NCBI GenBank assembly: GCA_965208325.1
Contig: OZ242326.1
Location: 1,312,001-1,376,000 of the forward strand
Source of the DNA: Candidatus Poribacteria bacterium
GTDB taxonomy: Bacteria > Poribacteria > WGA-4E > PCPOR2b
Reading direction: 5' to 3'
DNA length: 64,000 nt
Shown here: positions 10,093 to 21,206 of the stretch, piece after piece
Numbering within the stretch: position 1 is the first letter of the stretch
Layout of the letters: every line of letters begins with the position of its first letter
Notes under the pieces: model-generated
Told to the model about the DNA's origin: nothing
Database searches by the model: none
The model's input: only the letters and a program-made list of their open reading frames with translations
Program-made: the position numbers and the translations under genes

Positions 10093-12789
10093 TTAGAAAC
10101 TGTAACCGACTTTGGCATACCAATACGCACCGTTGAATCCGAACGGACTGAATTGACCGTATTGGTTACCGATATTTCCGGATTTCGGATTTTCGTCGGG
10201 ATACTCGTTGAGGAGGTTCTGGACACCGATAGTCAGGATTAAACCGGAAGCTGCTATGTAGCTTGATTCCACGTCGAAAAGCACTTTGCCGGTGTACGTC
10301 TCATCATCTTCAGAATCATACCAGTCTCCAAAATAACTGCCGCGGCCAAGCACGCTCCATTGGCTGGTTACGGATTGTGTTAAAGTAAGACTTGCGCGTT
10401 GTTTGGGGAGGTTCTCTTCCAGTTCTTTTATCCGAAGCTCATCAAGCGTCTTCGGGTTGAATTTGGTAACCTCCGTCACTGTTCGGTTATAAACGGCAGT
10501 GACATCACCTTTTGCCACTGGCACCGTGAGAACAACATCTACACCGTTGGTCGTTGTATCGAAGTCATTGGTAAAGAACCGAAACTCCTGTAGCCCGGCT
10601 GCACTAGTTACACCTTCCGCGAGCAACTGTGCCCTTTGTTCATCAGTTAGTAGGTTATCTTTGGACAAGGCTAGGCGATCCGTCATCCGAATATCAAACA
10701 GGTCTACGGTGAGATTTATGTCCCTAACCTCAAACGTGAAACCACCGGTGAAATTCTTTGACTTTTCCGGATCAAGCGAGTTGTCTTCCTCCCCAGTTAC
10801 GACTGCAACAGCAGGGTTGGTTGAAGGGATAGTGCCGTTATTGACCAAATCGTTCTTTTCAAAATTAAACTCGGTCGTAATGTTGAAGGCGTTCTGTTGC
10901 CCAGGCGTCGGCGCCCTAAATCCGGTGCTGTAACTGCCGCGGAATTTCAGAACCATCTCGTCATTGGCGAGCATACCAGCGTCTTCAAGGAAATCCGTAA
11001 TGCCGATATTGGTGGCAACTTTGTAATTGAGCGTCTGTCCAAAGTCTTCAAAATCTTCACCGCGCACTGCAAGGCCGACCAACCAGTGCTTATGCGGCCT
11101 GACTTCGCTTTCCAGATAGGCGGCGTAGTTGGCGCGGTCCCATTCGCCCGCGGCAATTTGGCTGAATCCGGAAAACCCGTTAGTGGCGGGCTGGTAACCC
11201 TGGCCCGTCAAAGGACCGATTTGATACGATTCTCTTTGACCTTCTACAATCTCAAAGCCTTCGTTTCGATATTCTAAACCGGAGGCGAGGAACAGCCGCT
11301 CACTGAGTTCGTGCGTCACATCGAAGTTGAGGTTATAGTCGGTCTGGATGTAGTCACCCGGATCAAATTCCGTGGGCGTCGCCGGACCGAGAGAGGCATT
11401 CACGGTATTGAAGATAAAGAAATCGGCATGATGCCGTCCAAAGTAGCCGCTCAAATCCCAACCCAGTCCTGAGTTTAACACAGACTCCAGCGCGGTGCCT
11501 TGAACCCCAACGAGAACGGAACTATCCACTGTATTTGCCCCGAATCTCGGTGTGAATCCTCCCGGAAACCACTCTCTGTACGAGAACAAATTCGGGTCAT
11601 CAACGACTTCTTGCCACTGCGCTGGATCTGCCGGGACGCCATTTGCAATTGCTGTACGCTCTTCTGCGTTGGTAGCAACGGTTTTACCGGTCTCAGGGTG
11701 AGCTAACAGTATGTCGTCATCCTCTTTCGCCGTTCCTTCCGGCAAACCTTCCAAATTCGCAACGAGCAAGTAAAATTCGTCCGGATCTCCGTCCTCGTTT
11801 GTGTCGACGTTGCGGCCAAACACTCCACTGCGTGTGTTAGGATTTCGGAAATAGAACCCGCCTTCCACGCTTTTGCTGGCGTAGTTTGCGTGCCCGTAGA
11901 ACTTGATGTTATCCGTAAGGGTGCTTCCATAGTTGGCGAAGAATTTGATATCATCCTCCACTATGGGTTGGCCCCAAATTTGGGCGGGATCCCTCACGCT
12001 GAAATTACCAGCAGAAACAAGTGCTTTGGCATCATCGCGTTGTACCGAGCGGATAGTCGGGTCTGAACCACCATATTCTAAGCTGAGGTTTGCCCAAGTA
12101 TCCTCGCTCCCCAGACCGATATTGCCGGCGACTGCGTATTGGCGGCCATCCCCATACCGATAAATGCCCGGCTTGAATTCAAAAGAACCGCCCTGATGGC
12201 TGTCCTTGAGTTGGAAATTCATCACACCTGCGATGGCATCGGATCCGTATTGCGCGGAGGCGCCATCTCGAAGTACCTCTACCTGTCTCAGCGCAATCGC
12301 CGGGATAGCAGACAGGTCAGGTCCTTGCGCGCCATCGGCCAACCCGTTTCCTAACCAGTGAATCACAGCCGCGCGATGACGCCGTTTATTGTTGACCAAC
12401 ACCAAGGTGTGGTCGGGCGCCAATCCTCGTAAATTCGCAGGCCGAACCACCGTCCCTGCGTCGCTAATCGGTTGAATGTTGACGTTGAATGAAGGCACCA
12501 AGTTTCTAAACATGTCTTGTAAATCAGTGATGCCTTGCTTAGCGAGATCATCGCCACGAATGGTGTCAATCGGTACAGCAGATTCAATGACGGAACGGGG
12601 ACGCGCCCTTGACCCGACGACTACCTGTTCTTCGAGCTCAATGACCGCTGCGCCTGATTCCATATCTGATGACATGTCATCTTCAGTTGAGTCTTCCTGT
12701 GCTAGGGACACCGGTAATCCGCTCACCAAAAGCAGTGCCGCAATCCCTAAGGCTATGGTAAAGGTTCTAAAACTCAGCTCTTGTTTCAT
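10093..12789 (-). CDS. TonB-dependent outer-membrane receptor
   Basis: Signal peptide, TonB-box-like EQVVVGSR, plug motifs LRGL..DHTLVLVN and VEVLRDGASAQYGSDAIAGV, C-terminal aromatic YSF. Confidence 0.95.
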   Translation of the reverse strand: MKQELSFRTFTIALGIAALLLVSGLPVSLAQEDSTEDDMSSDMESGAAVIELEEQVVVGSRARPRSVIESAVPIDTIRGDDLAKQGITDLQDMFRNLVPSFNVNIQPISDAGTVVRPANLRGLAPDHTLVLVNNKRRHRAAVIHWLGNGLADGAQGPDLSAIPAIALRQVEVLRDGASAQYGSDAIAGVMNFQLKDSHQGGSFEFKPGIYRYGDGRQYAVAGNIGLGSEDTWANLSLEYGGSDPTIRSVQRDDAKALVSAGNFSVRDPAQIWGQPIVEDDIKFFANYGSTLTDNIKFYGHANYASKSVEGGFYFRNPNTRSGVFGRNVDTNEDGDPDEFYLLVANLEGLPEGTAKEDDDILLAHPETGKTVATNAEERTAIANGVPADPAQWQEVVDDPNLFSYREWFPGGFTPRFGANTVDSSVLVGVQGTALESVLNSGLGWDLSGYFGRHHADFFIFNTVNASLGPATPTEFDPGDYIQTDYNLNFDVTHELSERLFLASGLEYRNEGFEIVEGQRESYQIGPLTGQGYQPATNGFSGFSQIAAGEWDRANYAAYLESEVRPHKHWLVGLAVRGEDFEDFGQTLNYKVATNIGITDFLEDAGMLANDEMVLKFRGSYSTGFRAPTPGQQNAFNITTEFNFEKNDLVNNGTIPSTNPAVAVVTGEEDNSLDPEKSKNFTGGFTFEVRDINLTVDLFDIRMTDRLALSKDNLLTDEQRAQLLAEGVTSAAGLQEFRFFTNDFDTTTNGVDVVLTVPVAKGDVTAVYNRTVTEVTKFNPKTLDELRIKELEENLPKQRASLTLTQSVTSQWSVLGRGSYFGDWYDSEDDETYTGKVLFDVESSYIAASGLILTIGVQNLLNEYPDENPKSGNIGNQYGQFSPFGFNGAYWYAKVGYSF

Positions 12790-12903
12790 GATAAGGGAAA
12801 TCCTCCTTACGTTTAGAAGCGTGTTTCCGTTTAAGTGAAAATGCGGCCGCCACCTCGGCGACCTTGAGTTATCCGTATCAGTGTTGACGAAACTCTCCTG
12901 CGG

Positions 12904-12932
12904 ATTATAAGAAAACTATGCCATATGGTCAA
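12904..12932 (-). promoter_or_regulatory. Sigma70-type promoter for the TonB receptor
   Basis: TTGACC-N17-TATAAT on the minus strand, about 110 nt before the ATG; SD AAGGAGG. Confidence 0.7.
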
Positions 12933-13087
12933 TTGTATTCATCCAAGAGTCGAATCAAAAAATTTTGGACTTTTCTCATTGGAATCACCAACAATTGTAG
13001 CATATAAATAAACTACATTTAACAAAAATGTAAACCGTAAATTCGGTATCTGGAAAAAAGACGTGGGCAAACGCCCTAGCTGTCGGT

Positions 13088-13906
13088 TCATTTTGCTTTG
13101 AGCGTGCCCCATGTTACGGCGAGTTTACCATTCGGAGAAACGGCAAGCACATCGCCTAATCCGCTCTCAAAAATAGTCTCGATTTCATCGGCAGTTAAGG
13201 CGACACTAAAGACCACAAGTTGGTCAATGTCGCCGTTGAAGAATTCAGTCGGACCGTTATCTATTCTAGCACCGATACCTAATGTGTCAACCGTTGTATT
13301 CTCATTATGCAATCTAGACCAATACTTGAAGGGGCCGTCAATCTTTGAACTCGCTTTTTCTTCACCGTTTGCGTAAAGCCTTACTTCGTCCTTCCAGTCG
13401 ACGGAGAATGCGACATGAATCCAATCGCCCAACGGCACATCATCAACGGGGATTAACAAACATCCCGCGGGGTTGACATCGCAGTTGGGGACGTTACGCT
13501 CCATCCTCAATTCAAGTCCTCCGTTACCTGCGAGTTCGCCGAGAAAGTATCCGCCCCATCGCCAGCAATTATAGATTCGCTGCCATCCCGACCGCACTTT
13601 AACCCTAACCCACACGGAGACGGAAAAATTTTGCGGATCATTGAATTTGAACGGCTCGGGATCGACTTTCATAAAACTTTTGCCGTCAAAACTCATGGCT
13701 TTTTTGAATTTGCCGTCTACCAATTTCGGGTCGCCATTAAGTTCACCGTTATGCCCGCCCACGGAGTCTTGCGCGCCGTCGCCCTGATCGAAATCCCACC
13801 GAGAAACAACGTCATCTAATGCAATCTGAGAATACGAGAGAACGCTGAACATCAGTCCCATGAAGATTATGCTAGATACGCAGAATCCTTTCGAGGTTGT
13901 TTTCAT
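13088..13906 (-). CDS. Exported LamG/ConA-like jelly-roll protein with Poribacteria-type C-terminal tail
   Basis: Signal peptide from MKTTSK (GGAG SD); WDFD..G..DSVG, GKFKKAMSFDG, WIHVAF, FNGDIDQL, ALTADEI; ends AVSPNGKLAVTWGTLKAK. Confidence 0.88.
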   Translation of the reverse strand: MKTTSKGFCVSSIIFMGLMFSVLSYSQIALDDVVSRWDFDQGDGAQDSVGGHNGELNGDPKLVDGKFKKAMSFDGKSFMKVDPEPFKFNDPQNFSVSVWVRVKVRSGWQRIYNCWRWGGYFLGELAGNGGLELRMERNVPNCDVNPAGCLLIPVDDVPLGDWIHVAFSVDWKDEVRLYANGEEKASSKIDGPFKYWSRLHNENTTVDTLGIGARIDNGPTEFFNGDIDQLVVFSVALTADEIETIFESGLGDVLAVSPNGKLAVTWGTLKAK

Positions 13907-14253
13907 TTCGATATGTCTCCACATTTGCCCGTAAACCGTGAGATTTGAATGCGCAATTTCAATATAGACCAGTCTTGATGAATTTGTCAATCATTATAAC
14001 ACATATTGAAAAAAAAGCAAATATAAGGTATCGGGTTTCCAATTAAAATGTACCTAGCGGGCAGTCACATATAATTAGAAAACCTGACAGCCCATTTTCA
14101 CCGCTGTCTGATTTGTTACTTCTAGCGGATGCGGGTAGCCGCACCAAGGTAACTGCCGCGAACCAACTTTCTCTTCCTATTTCACTGTAAATTGTATCAA
14201 AGTCTTCCATAAAGATCTCCCATTGCAATTCAGCAACATTTTCCACAAATGAA

Positions 14254-14282
14254 TTGCCTTAATGCTCCGTTTTGGTTATAAT
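14254..14282 (+). promoter_or_regulatory. Sigma70-type promoter for radC
   Basis: TTGCCT-N17-TATAAT; supports the start at 14358 rather than 14262. Confidence 0.55.
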
Positions 14283-14357
14283 CTGATAAATCCATTATTA
14301 CAAAGTGGACTCATCGCAGAATACAACACAACTTCTTACTTAATTTGGAGCCGAAAA

Positions 14358-15056
14358 ATGGAATCTACACACGATGGGGGTCGAAATACGGACTTCGCCG
14401 ATGATGAACACCCGCTGGACGAGCTTTATAAGTATGACCCGCACGTATTGAAAACATCGCAACTTATCGCGCTTATCATTCGTACAGGAACAAATGACGC
14501 TTCGGCAGTTCAACTTGCTGAACAGTTGCTGGAGAAGTACAACGGCAACCTGAAAGACATGGCTATGGCTAACGTGGAAGAAATCAAAAAGGGTATCATA
14601 GGTTTAGGAAAGACTAAAGCCGCTCACATTGTCGCTGCACTCGAACTAGGTAGGCGTTTGGCTAAATATCTGGAAGAAAAGCCGCAAATTTCCGCTCCCG
14701 CAGACGTTGCACGAATCTTAATGCCGTCTCTACGCGATCTCAAGCAAGAAGTGTTGCATGTGCTCTGTCTTGATACGAAAAACAACGTGACCAACCAACG
14801 TCAAATTTTTGAAGGCAGCTTAAACGTAAACATCATTCACCCTCGCGAAGTGTTTCGCTTCGCAATTGAGGAGGCATCCGCATCAATAATCCTTGTTCAC
14901 AATCATCCATCGGGCGATCCATCGCCAAGCAAAGAAGACATTCGAGCGACAAAACAGTTAATCGAAGCCGGGAATTGCATTCAGATCCCGGTGCTGGATC
15001 ATATAATCATCGGGGATGGCAGCTACGTTAGCCTAAAGGAGGAAGGATTGATTTGA
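14358..15056 (+). CDS. radC: RadC family (HhH + JAB/MPN domain) protein
   Basis: GLGKTKAAHIVAALELGRR, HPREVF, HNHPSGDPSPSKED, LDHIIIG. Confidence 0.93.
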   Translation: MESTHDGGRNTDFADDEHPLDELYKYDPHVLKTSQLIALIIRTGTNDASAVQLAEQLLEKYNGNLKDMAMANVEEIKKGIIGLGKTKAAHIVAALELGRRLAKYLEEKPQISAPADVARILMPSLRDLKQEVLHVLCLDTKNNVTNQRQIFEGSLNVNIIHPREVFRFAIEEASASIILVHNHPSGDPSPSKEDIRATKQLIEAGNCIQIPVLDHIIIGDGSYVSLKEEGLI

Positions 15057-15177
15057 ACCATCCAATGCAGTGCGGTTTTTGACACGCCTATTTATGCTGC
15101 ACGCTTTCGCGCGACATCGACAAATGGGAATGTAATTTACCTCTGTGCATCGCGTAAAACCGTAATGGTCCAAACCC

Positions 15178-16857
15178 TTATCCGGTCACCGCTCCATTTG
15201 AAGCTGAAGATACGAGTTTCGCGTATTTTGCCATAACGCCGCGGTTATAGCGTGAAGTTGGTAAGTTCCAGGAGCTAAGCCGCTCTTGGATTTCGTCATC
15301 TGAGAGTACGACATCGAGACGGCGGCTTTCTACATCAATAGAAACGACATCGCCGTCGCAAAGCACAGCAATGGGTCCTCCGCGCGCGGCTTCTGGGGCA
15401 ACGTGTCCTATCATTAGACCGTGCGTAGCTCCTGAAAACCTTCCATCTGTTAAGAGCGCAACCGAATCGCCAAGTCCGGCGCCAACGATTGCCGCAGTCA
15501 CACCGAGCATTTCCCGCATTCCAGGTCCGCCTGCGGGGCCTTCGTAGCGGATGACTATTACATCTCCCGGGTTGATTTCGCCGCCCTTAATCTGTGCAAA
15601 CGCAGTTTCTTCGCAGTCAAACACTCGCACGGGTCCTGTGTGCGTCAGCCGCTCATTTCCCGCAACTTTGAGGACACTCCCGTCCGGTGCTAAATTTCCC
15701 TTGAGCACGACAAGCCCTCCCGTTGCCTTAATGGGCGCTGAAATAGGGCGTACAACTTCCTGTCCTGCAGCTTCATCTGCGGTAGACGCCTCTTCGCCGA
15801 TGGTTTTTCCAGTCACGGTCAATTCGTCCGCATGGAGGAGTCCTGCATCGAGCAGCCGTTTGGCTACGAGTTGGATACCTCCGGCGAAATGGAGATCCGC
15901 CGCGACAAAACGCCCGCCCGGCTGAAGATCTGCATAGAGCGGGGTGCGTAGATTTATCTCTTGAAAATCATCAAGCGATAATGGAATATTGGCTTCGTGC
16001 GCGATAGCGAGTAAGTGAAGAACACCATTGGTGGATCCGCCTGTCGTCGCAATTGAGGCAATGGCGTTTTCAATTGACCGCCGTGTGATGATTTGATTAG
16101 GCCTTATATCGTTGGCTAACATTTCCATCACCAACTGACCTGCTTGAAAAGCGACCTTATCTTTATTAGCATCTACCGCCGGGACACTCCCGCTTCCCAT
16201 CGGCGCCATACCTAAAATCTCAATAGCTGTTGCCATGGTATTTGCGGTGTATTGCCCCCCGCATGCACCGGGGCCTGGGCATCCTTTACTCGTAAGTTCA
16301 TCGAGTTCGTCAATCGTAATCTTGCCGACTGCATAAGTACCGACTGCCTCGAAGACATCCTTGATGGTGACATCTCGGTCCTGAAACCGACCCGGCATGA
16401 TTGAACCGCCGTAAAGCATCAGCGACGGAATGTCAAGACGAGCGAGCGCCATGGTTGTACCGGGAACAGTTTTGTCGCAACCCGAAAGGGCAACCACCGC
16501 GTCGAACATATTCCCCCGAGCGACGAGTTCAATCGAGTCAGCAATAATTTCGCGGCTGATGAGCGAAGTTTTCATCCCCTCAGTTCCCATCGTAATTCCG
16601 TCAGAAATACTTACCGTATTGAACTCAAGCGGCGTTCCACCGGCTGTGCGAATCCCTGCTTTGACTTTTGCCGCGAGCCGGCGGAGGTGATAGTTGCACG
16701 GCCCGATTTCAATCCATGTATTGGCAACACCGACAAGCGGCCGGCCCAAATCCTCAAGCGATAGTCCTCCGTCGCTAAACATGAGCATCGCTCGAGCCGC
16801 CGCACGATCTGGACCATCTGTGATGGCGTAGCTTCGGGGTTTAAGCTTGTTTGCCAT
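15178..16857 (-). CDS. ilvD: Dihydroxy-acid dehydratase
   Basis: [47 protein letters not shown]; start MANKL after a GGAGG SD. Confidence 0.95.
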   Translation of the reverse strand: MANKLKPRSYAITDGPDRAAARAMLMFSDGGLSLEDLGRPLVGVANTWIEIGPCNYHLRRLAAKVKAGIRTAGGTPLEFNTVSISDGITMGTEGMKTSLISREIIADSIELVARGNMFDAVVALSGCDKTVPGTTMALARLDIPSLMLYGGSIMPGRFQDRDVTIKDVFEAVGTYAVGKITIDELDELTSKGCPGPGACGGQYTANTMATAIEILGMAPMGSGSVPAVDANKDKVAFQAGQLVMEMLANDIRPNQIITRRSIENAIASIATTGGSTNGVLHLLAIAHEANIPLSLDDFQEINLRTPLYADLQPGGRFVAADLHFAGGIQLVAKRLLDAGLLHADELTVTGKTIGEEASTADEAAGQEVVRPISAPIKATGGLVVLKGNLAPDGSVLKVAGNERLTHTGPVRVFDCEETAFAQIKGGEINPGDVIVIRYEGPAGGPGMREMLGVTAAIVGAGLGDSVALLTDGRFSGATHGLMIGHVAPEAARGGPIAVLCDGDVVSIDVESRRLDVVLSDDEIQERLSSWNLPTSRYNRGVMAKYAKLVSSASNGAVTG

Positions 16858-17187
16858 GCCTAAAATTTCCTCCATACTGTCTGTAAAAGTCGATCAATCA
16901 TAACAAATCTTTACGAATTTGCCTGTATCGACAATAACCAACGGACCAGCCGATTTTCCTAGACCCATTGACCGTTCCTGTCCGTTGACATCGTATCTGA
17001 ACTGCAATGAATCTTAAGCGCACGGGCACCAGTGGTATGCGTCCCTAGTAGCATGAGACTGGCAGGCAACACGGCGTGTTGCGGCGAATTTTGAGCCAAT
17101 GGCTTCACGTCCATGTCACTCGGCAAGCTCCACACTTAAGCGCTATGAAATACCGCACGCTTGGACTTTGAATGAAAACCACGTGGT

Positions 17188-19539
17188 TTATTTCATCCCG
17201 ATCCAAGAGCCGATAACATGTCCGTATTTCGCAATTAACCCGGCGAACACCACTGATACCATGGACATTAACTTAATGAGGATGTTGAGCGACGGGCCTG
17301 ACGTGTCCTTGAACGGATCGCCGACCGTATCCCCGACGACCGTCGCTTTGTGCGGTTCGGACCCCTTACCGCCGTGTGCGCCCTGCTCGATGTACTTTTT
17401 CGCGTTGTCCCAAGCACCGCCGGCATTTGCCATCATTACGGCAAGCACGAAGCCGGTTGCCAGTCCTCCAGCAAGCAAACCAAGCACGCCAGCTACGCCG
17501 AAGATTAATCCAACAGCCACCGGAACGATTATGGCTATCATCGAAGGAAGCACCATTTCTCTCTGTGCGCCAACGGTTGAGATTCCCACACACCGGGCGT
17601 AATCCGGTTTTTCCTCGCGTTTCATGATACCGGGCCGTTCTTGGAATTGACGTCGAACCTCTTGCACCATCGCCCCCGCAGCGCGTCCGACAGCTTTCAT
17701 CGTCAACGCGCAGAAAAAGAAGGCCATCACGGCACCGATGAACAATCCGATTAAGACCTGTGGATTCATTAGGGTAACATCATAATAAGACATGAACTGG
17801 GATATGGATACCTTTGCCGTATCAACCATACCCACTCCAGGGATATCTAATTGATGCTTGTCCGCAAGATGGATCAACCCATACCGAATCTCTTCAAGAT
17901 AAGCGGCGAGCAGCGCGAGAGCGGTCAAAGCGGCGGATCCGATCGCGAATCCCTTGCCAGTTGCCGCGGTCGTGTTGCCGAGGGAGTCAAGCTGATCTGT
18001 ACGTTGCCGAACGCTCGGATCGAGCTCCGACATCTCCGCATTGCCGCCGGCGTTATCTGCAATCGGTCCGTACGCATCCGTCGCCAGCGTTATGCCGAGT
18101 GTTGCGAGCATTCCCACGGCGGCAATACCAACGCCATAGAGTCCCATCAGCGTATCGGTTGCCCCTCCCGGCAGATAGAAACTGACGGCGACAGCCGCGA
18201 TAATTGTGATCACTGGGATGGCGGTCGACTGCATGCCAACGGCGATACCCTCAATGATAACGGTTGCCGGACCGGTCTGGGCTTGATCCGCTATGCCTCG
18301 CGTCGGTTTATAATCGTGAGACGTGAAGACCTCTGTCACTTTTCCAATAATTAGGCCAGCCAACAGCCCTGCCACAATTGCGCCCCAAATCTGCCACTTG
18401 TTCGGGAAGTCGAGGTATAGCAGCACAGGAATCGAAAGAATTGCAATGCCAATCGCGCTCCCGTTGATACCGAGATTGAGCGAACCCATCAACTGCTTCA
18501 TCGTTGCGCCTTCTCGGGTGCGCACCATGTAAATCCCTAAAATCGAGAGAATTACACCAATGCCCGCAATTATCATCGGCGCAGAGAGGTATTTCAGTTG
18601 CAACGCAATGTTGGTATGGTCTTTCGCGGCAACAGCAGCGACGCCGAGCGCGGCAGTCGCTAGAATGGAACCAGCGTAAGATTCATAGAGATCGGCGCCC
18701 ATGCCCGCAACGTCACCTACGTTGTCTCCGACGTTGTCAGCGATAGCTGCCGGGTTGCGGGGATCATCTTCGGGAATCCCCGCTTCAACTTTCCCCACCA
18801 GATCGGCGCCCACATCAGCCGCCTTTGTGTAAATGCCGCCGCCAACGCGTGCAAAGAGCGCCTGTGTGGATGCGCCCATACCGAAACTCAACATGATTAC
18901 GGTGATTTCGGGAAGCGGGTTTTCAGCCAAAAACCCTGGGAAAATCTTTGGAAAAAGATAGTATAGAATCAGGAACCAGCCAGCAATATCCAGTAGTGCG
19001 AATCCAACTACCACTAGCCCCATTACTGCACCCGCACGAAAAGATATCCGCAGCCCCGCGTTTAGCCCTTCCATTGCGGCGCTGGTTGTACGAGCCGATG
19101 CGTTGGTTGCGGTCTTCATACCCAAAAATCCGCAAAGTCCAGAGAAAAAGCCTCCTGTCAGAAACGCGAAGGGAATGACCTGGTTCTGCGCTTTGAGGAC
19201 AAAAGCCATGAACAGAAAAATTGCGCACAATACGGCAAATACAATGGCGACGACCTTGTATTGCTGCCTCAAATAAGCCATTGCGCCTTCACGAACAGCT
19301 TGCGCAATATCACGCATCACATCCGTGCCTTCGTTCTGCCGCATGACGGATTTGTAGAAAAAATAAGCGAACCCCAAAGCGAACAGCGAGCCAACTGGGG
19401 CGATCCACCATGCGGAAGGCACGGCTGGCAGCGATTCTGTTTGGGCAAGAGCAGAATTTGTAATGCCAAACAACAAACCCATTAGTATCAAATGTCCGCG
19501 ACTCCGCCTACGGAGCCGATTATCAATTGTTTTAGTCAT
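17188..19539 (-). CDS. hppA: Membrane-bound K+-dependent cation-pumping pyrophosphatase (Na+ or Na+,H+ type)
   Basis: DVGADLVGKVE, EDDPRN, DNVGDNVGD, GNTTAA, GDTVGDPFKD. Confidence 0.95.
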   Translation of the reverse strand: MTKTIDNRLRRRSRGHLILMGLLFGITNSALAQTESLPAVPSAWWIAPVGSLFALGFAYFFYKSVMRQNEGTDVMRDIAQAVREGAMAYLRQQYKVVAIVFAVLCAIFLFMAFVLKAQNQVIPFAFLTGGFFSGLCGFLGMKTATNASARTTSAAMEGLNAGLRISFRAGAVMGLVVVGFALLDIAGWFLILYYLFPKIFPGFLAENPLPEITVIMLSFGMGASTQALFARVGGGIYTKAADVGADLVGKVEAGIPEDDPRNPAAIADNVGDNVGDVAGMGADLYESYAGSILATAALGVAAVAAKDHTNIALQLKYLSAPMIIAGIGVILSILGIYMVRTREGATMKQLMGSLNLGINGSAIGIAILSIPVLLYLDFPNKWQIWGAIVAGLLAGLIIGKVTEVFTSHDYKPTRGIADQAQTGPATVIIEGIAVGMQSTAIPVITIIAAVAVSFYLPGGATDTLMGLYGVGIAAVGMLATLGITLATDAYGPIADNAGGNAEMSELDPSVRQRTDQLDSLGNTTAATGKGFAIGSAALTALALLAAYLEEIRYGLIHLADKHQLDIPGVGMVDTAKVSISQFMSYYDVTLMNPQVLIGLFIGAVMAFFFCALTMKAVGRAAGAMVQEVRRQFQERPGIMKREEKPDYARCVGISTVGAQREMVLPSMIAIIVPVAVGLIFGVAGVLGLLAGGLATGFVLAVMMANAGGAWDNAKKYIEQGAHGGKGSEPHKATVVGDTVGDPFKDTSGPSLNILIKLMSMVSVVFAGLIAKYGHVIGSWIGMK

Positions 19540-19680
19540 AAAATTCCTCCTAATGAGAATTGAAAGTATACATCAGTCAATTGCAAAAAGCCGCGACGTT
19601 CAACGACATTATTTTCCTTTTCTTGTCTGTTTCGGTAAACTTTTGGAGCTATTGCTTCAAAAATCTTACGCCGAATTGAT

Positions 19681-21045
19681 TCACAATTCATGAATATCAA
19701 TCCCAAGCTCCGAAAGTGCTGCGCCAACGAGATAAATCGAACCCGTGATGCAAATTAAATCTGACGGGGTTGAAACTGATAGAGCAAACTGAATGGCTTC
19801 GCCCACACAATTCTCAGACCGAATCTCCGGATTAAAATCCGACCATACTTTAACCACTTCCCCAGCAGGCATTACGCGGGGGTTATCAAATGCCTGCGTG
19901 GCGATGATGATGTCCGCGATTGGGCATAAGATTCTTCCGATTGCGCGGATATCCTTATCTTTCATCAAACCGGCGATAAGGATTAAACGTTCATATCGAA
20001 TTACTTCCTGAATCGTCTCGCACAACGCCGCGGCTGAAGTCGGCGAATGCGCACCGTCCAGCAGAATTAACGGCGCCTCGTCAGAAGCTTTGTTTTGTGT
20101 GATCGAAACAACTTGCACTCGCCCGGGCACTCGAACGGCTTCCAATCCATCGTAGACACATCCTTTAGGAACAAAATGCCCTTCACTCTTGATTCGTTCA
20201 ACGCAGGCAAGCGCAGTAGCAGCGTTTTCCGCTTGGTGCTTACCAAGGAGCGGCAGAAACAAATTTGGATAAGACTCGGTAGGCGTATTTACTTCTAACG
20301 TCTGACCACGTATGCTCCAAGAGTGACGCTTAAAACTAATGTCATGTCCGACCCGATCAATTCCCGCGTACCGTGCCGCAGCAACGGATTCAAAGACGGT
20401 TTCGGATTCAGGCTCTTGGGGCGCTAAAACAAGCGGACGACCGTGTTTAATAATCTCGGCTTTTTCTTTGGCGATAGCTTCGAGCGTATCGCCCAGTATT
20501 GCCGTATGTTCAAGGCTCACGGGCGTGATTACTGTAACGAGCGGCTGCAAAACGTTCGTCGCATCTAGGCGCCCACCGAGTCCTACCTCAATAACCGCGA
20601 AATCAACCGCATTGTCGGCAAAATAGCAGAAGGCAAGCGCTGTATAGATTTCAAAAAATGAAACCGCCCCAACTGCGTTCATTTCTGCGACAGCTTCAAT
20701 TGCGGGTTTCATTTTATTGAGGTAATCAGCGAACTCGTCCTTTGAAATCAGCTTGGCGTCTACACAACAACGCTCGCGGGGAGTTATAAAGTGGGGTGAC
20801 GTAAATGCCCCGGTTTTGTATCCCGCATGGGTGAGAATTGACGCAATGATTGCCGCTGTAGACCCCTTCCCTTTACTGCCGCCGATATGGATAACCTTTA
20901 GTTTGCGATGGGGATTTCCGAGCAGATTCAACAGGTGGGAGATGCGGTTGAGGTTATAAAGCCGCGCTTGCCTTGAGAAATCGGGACTTTTCTCATAATT
21001 TATGAAACTGTTAATATAGGCAAGAGCCGATTCATAATTCAGCAT
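19681..21045 (-). CDS. folC: Bifunctional folylpolyglutamate synthase / dihydrofolate synthase
   Basis: HIGGSKGKGST, FTSPH, EVGLGGRLDATN, LDGAH, TGSIYLVG. Confidence 0.93.
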   Translation of the reverse strand: MLNYESALAYINSFINYEKSPDFSRQARLYNLNRISHLLNLLGNPHRKLKVIHIGGSKGKGSTAAIIASILTHAGYKTGAFTSPHFITPRERCCVDAKLISKDEFADYLNKMKPAIEAVAEMNAVGAVSFFEIYTALAFCYFADNAVDFAVIEVGLGGRLDATNVLQPLVTVITPVSLEHTAILGDTLEAIAKEKAEIIKHGRPLVLAPQEPESETVFESVAAARYAGIDRVGHDISFKRHSWSIRGQTLEVNTPTESYPNLFLPLLGKHQAENAATALACVERIKSEGHFVPKGCVYDGLEAVRVPGRVQVVSITQNKASDEAPLILLDGAHSPTSAAALCETIQEVIRYERLILIAGLMKDKDIRAIGRILCPIADIIIATQAFDNPRVMPAGEVVKVWSDFNPEIRSENCVGEAIQFALSVSTPSDLICITGSIYLVGAALSELGIDIHEL

Positions 21046-21206
21046 TAAATTTAGTCGACGTTATAAGGGACGAAATAGTCCTCAGCGGCGGGTAAAACTA
21101 CCGATCAATCAACCGACTAGCGAACACGATAGGCTATCCATTAGGGTTAAGACTAACGCCCTCCTTTTTCAGCCGGTTGATGATTCTGTTGATGTTTGCG
21201 CAAGAT

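Noticed and set aside
12790..12903. Cobalamin or glycine riboswitch in the TonB receptor leader
   Set aside because: The leader is about 110 nt with two small hairpins and lacks the conserved boxes in the right order
12910..12925. Sigma54 promoter (TGGCAT on the minus strand)
   Set aside because: No TTGC at the -12 position; the site is better explained as the spacer of a sigma70 promoter
16876..17187. Branched-chain amino acid attenuator or T-box upstream of ilvD
   Set aside because: No Ile/Leu/Val-rich leader peptide, T-box motif or U-tailed terminator was found
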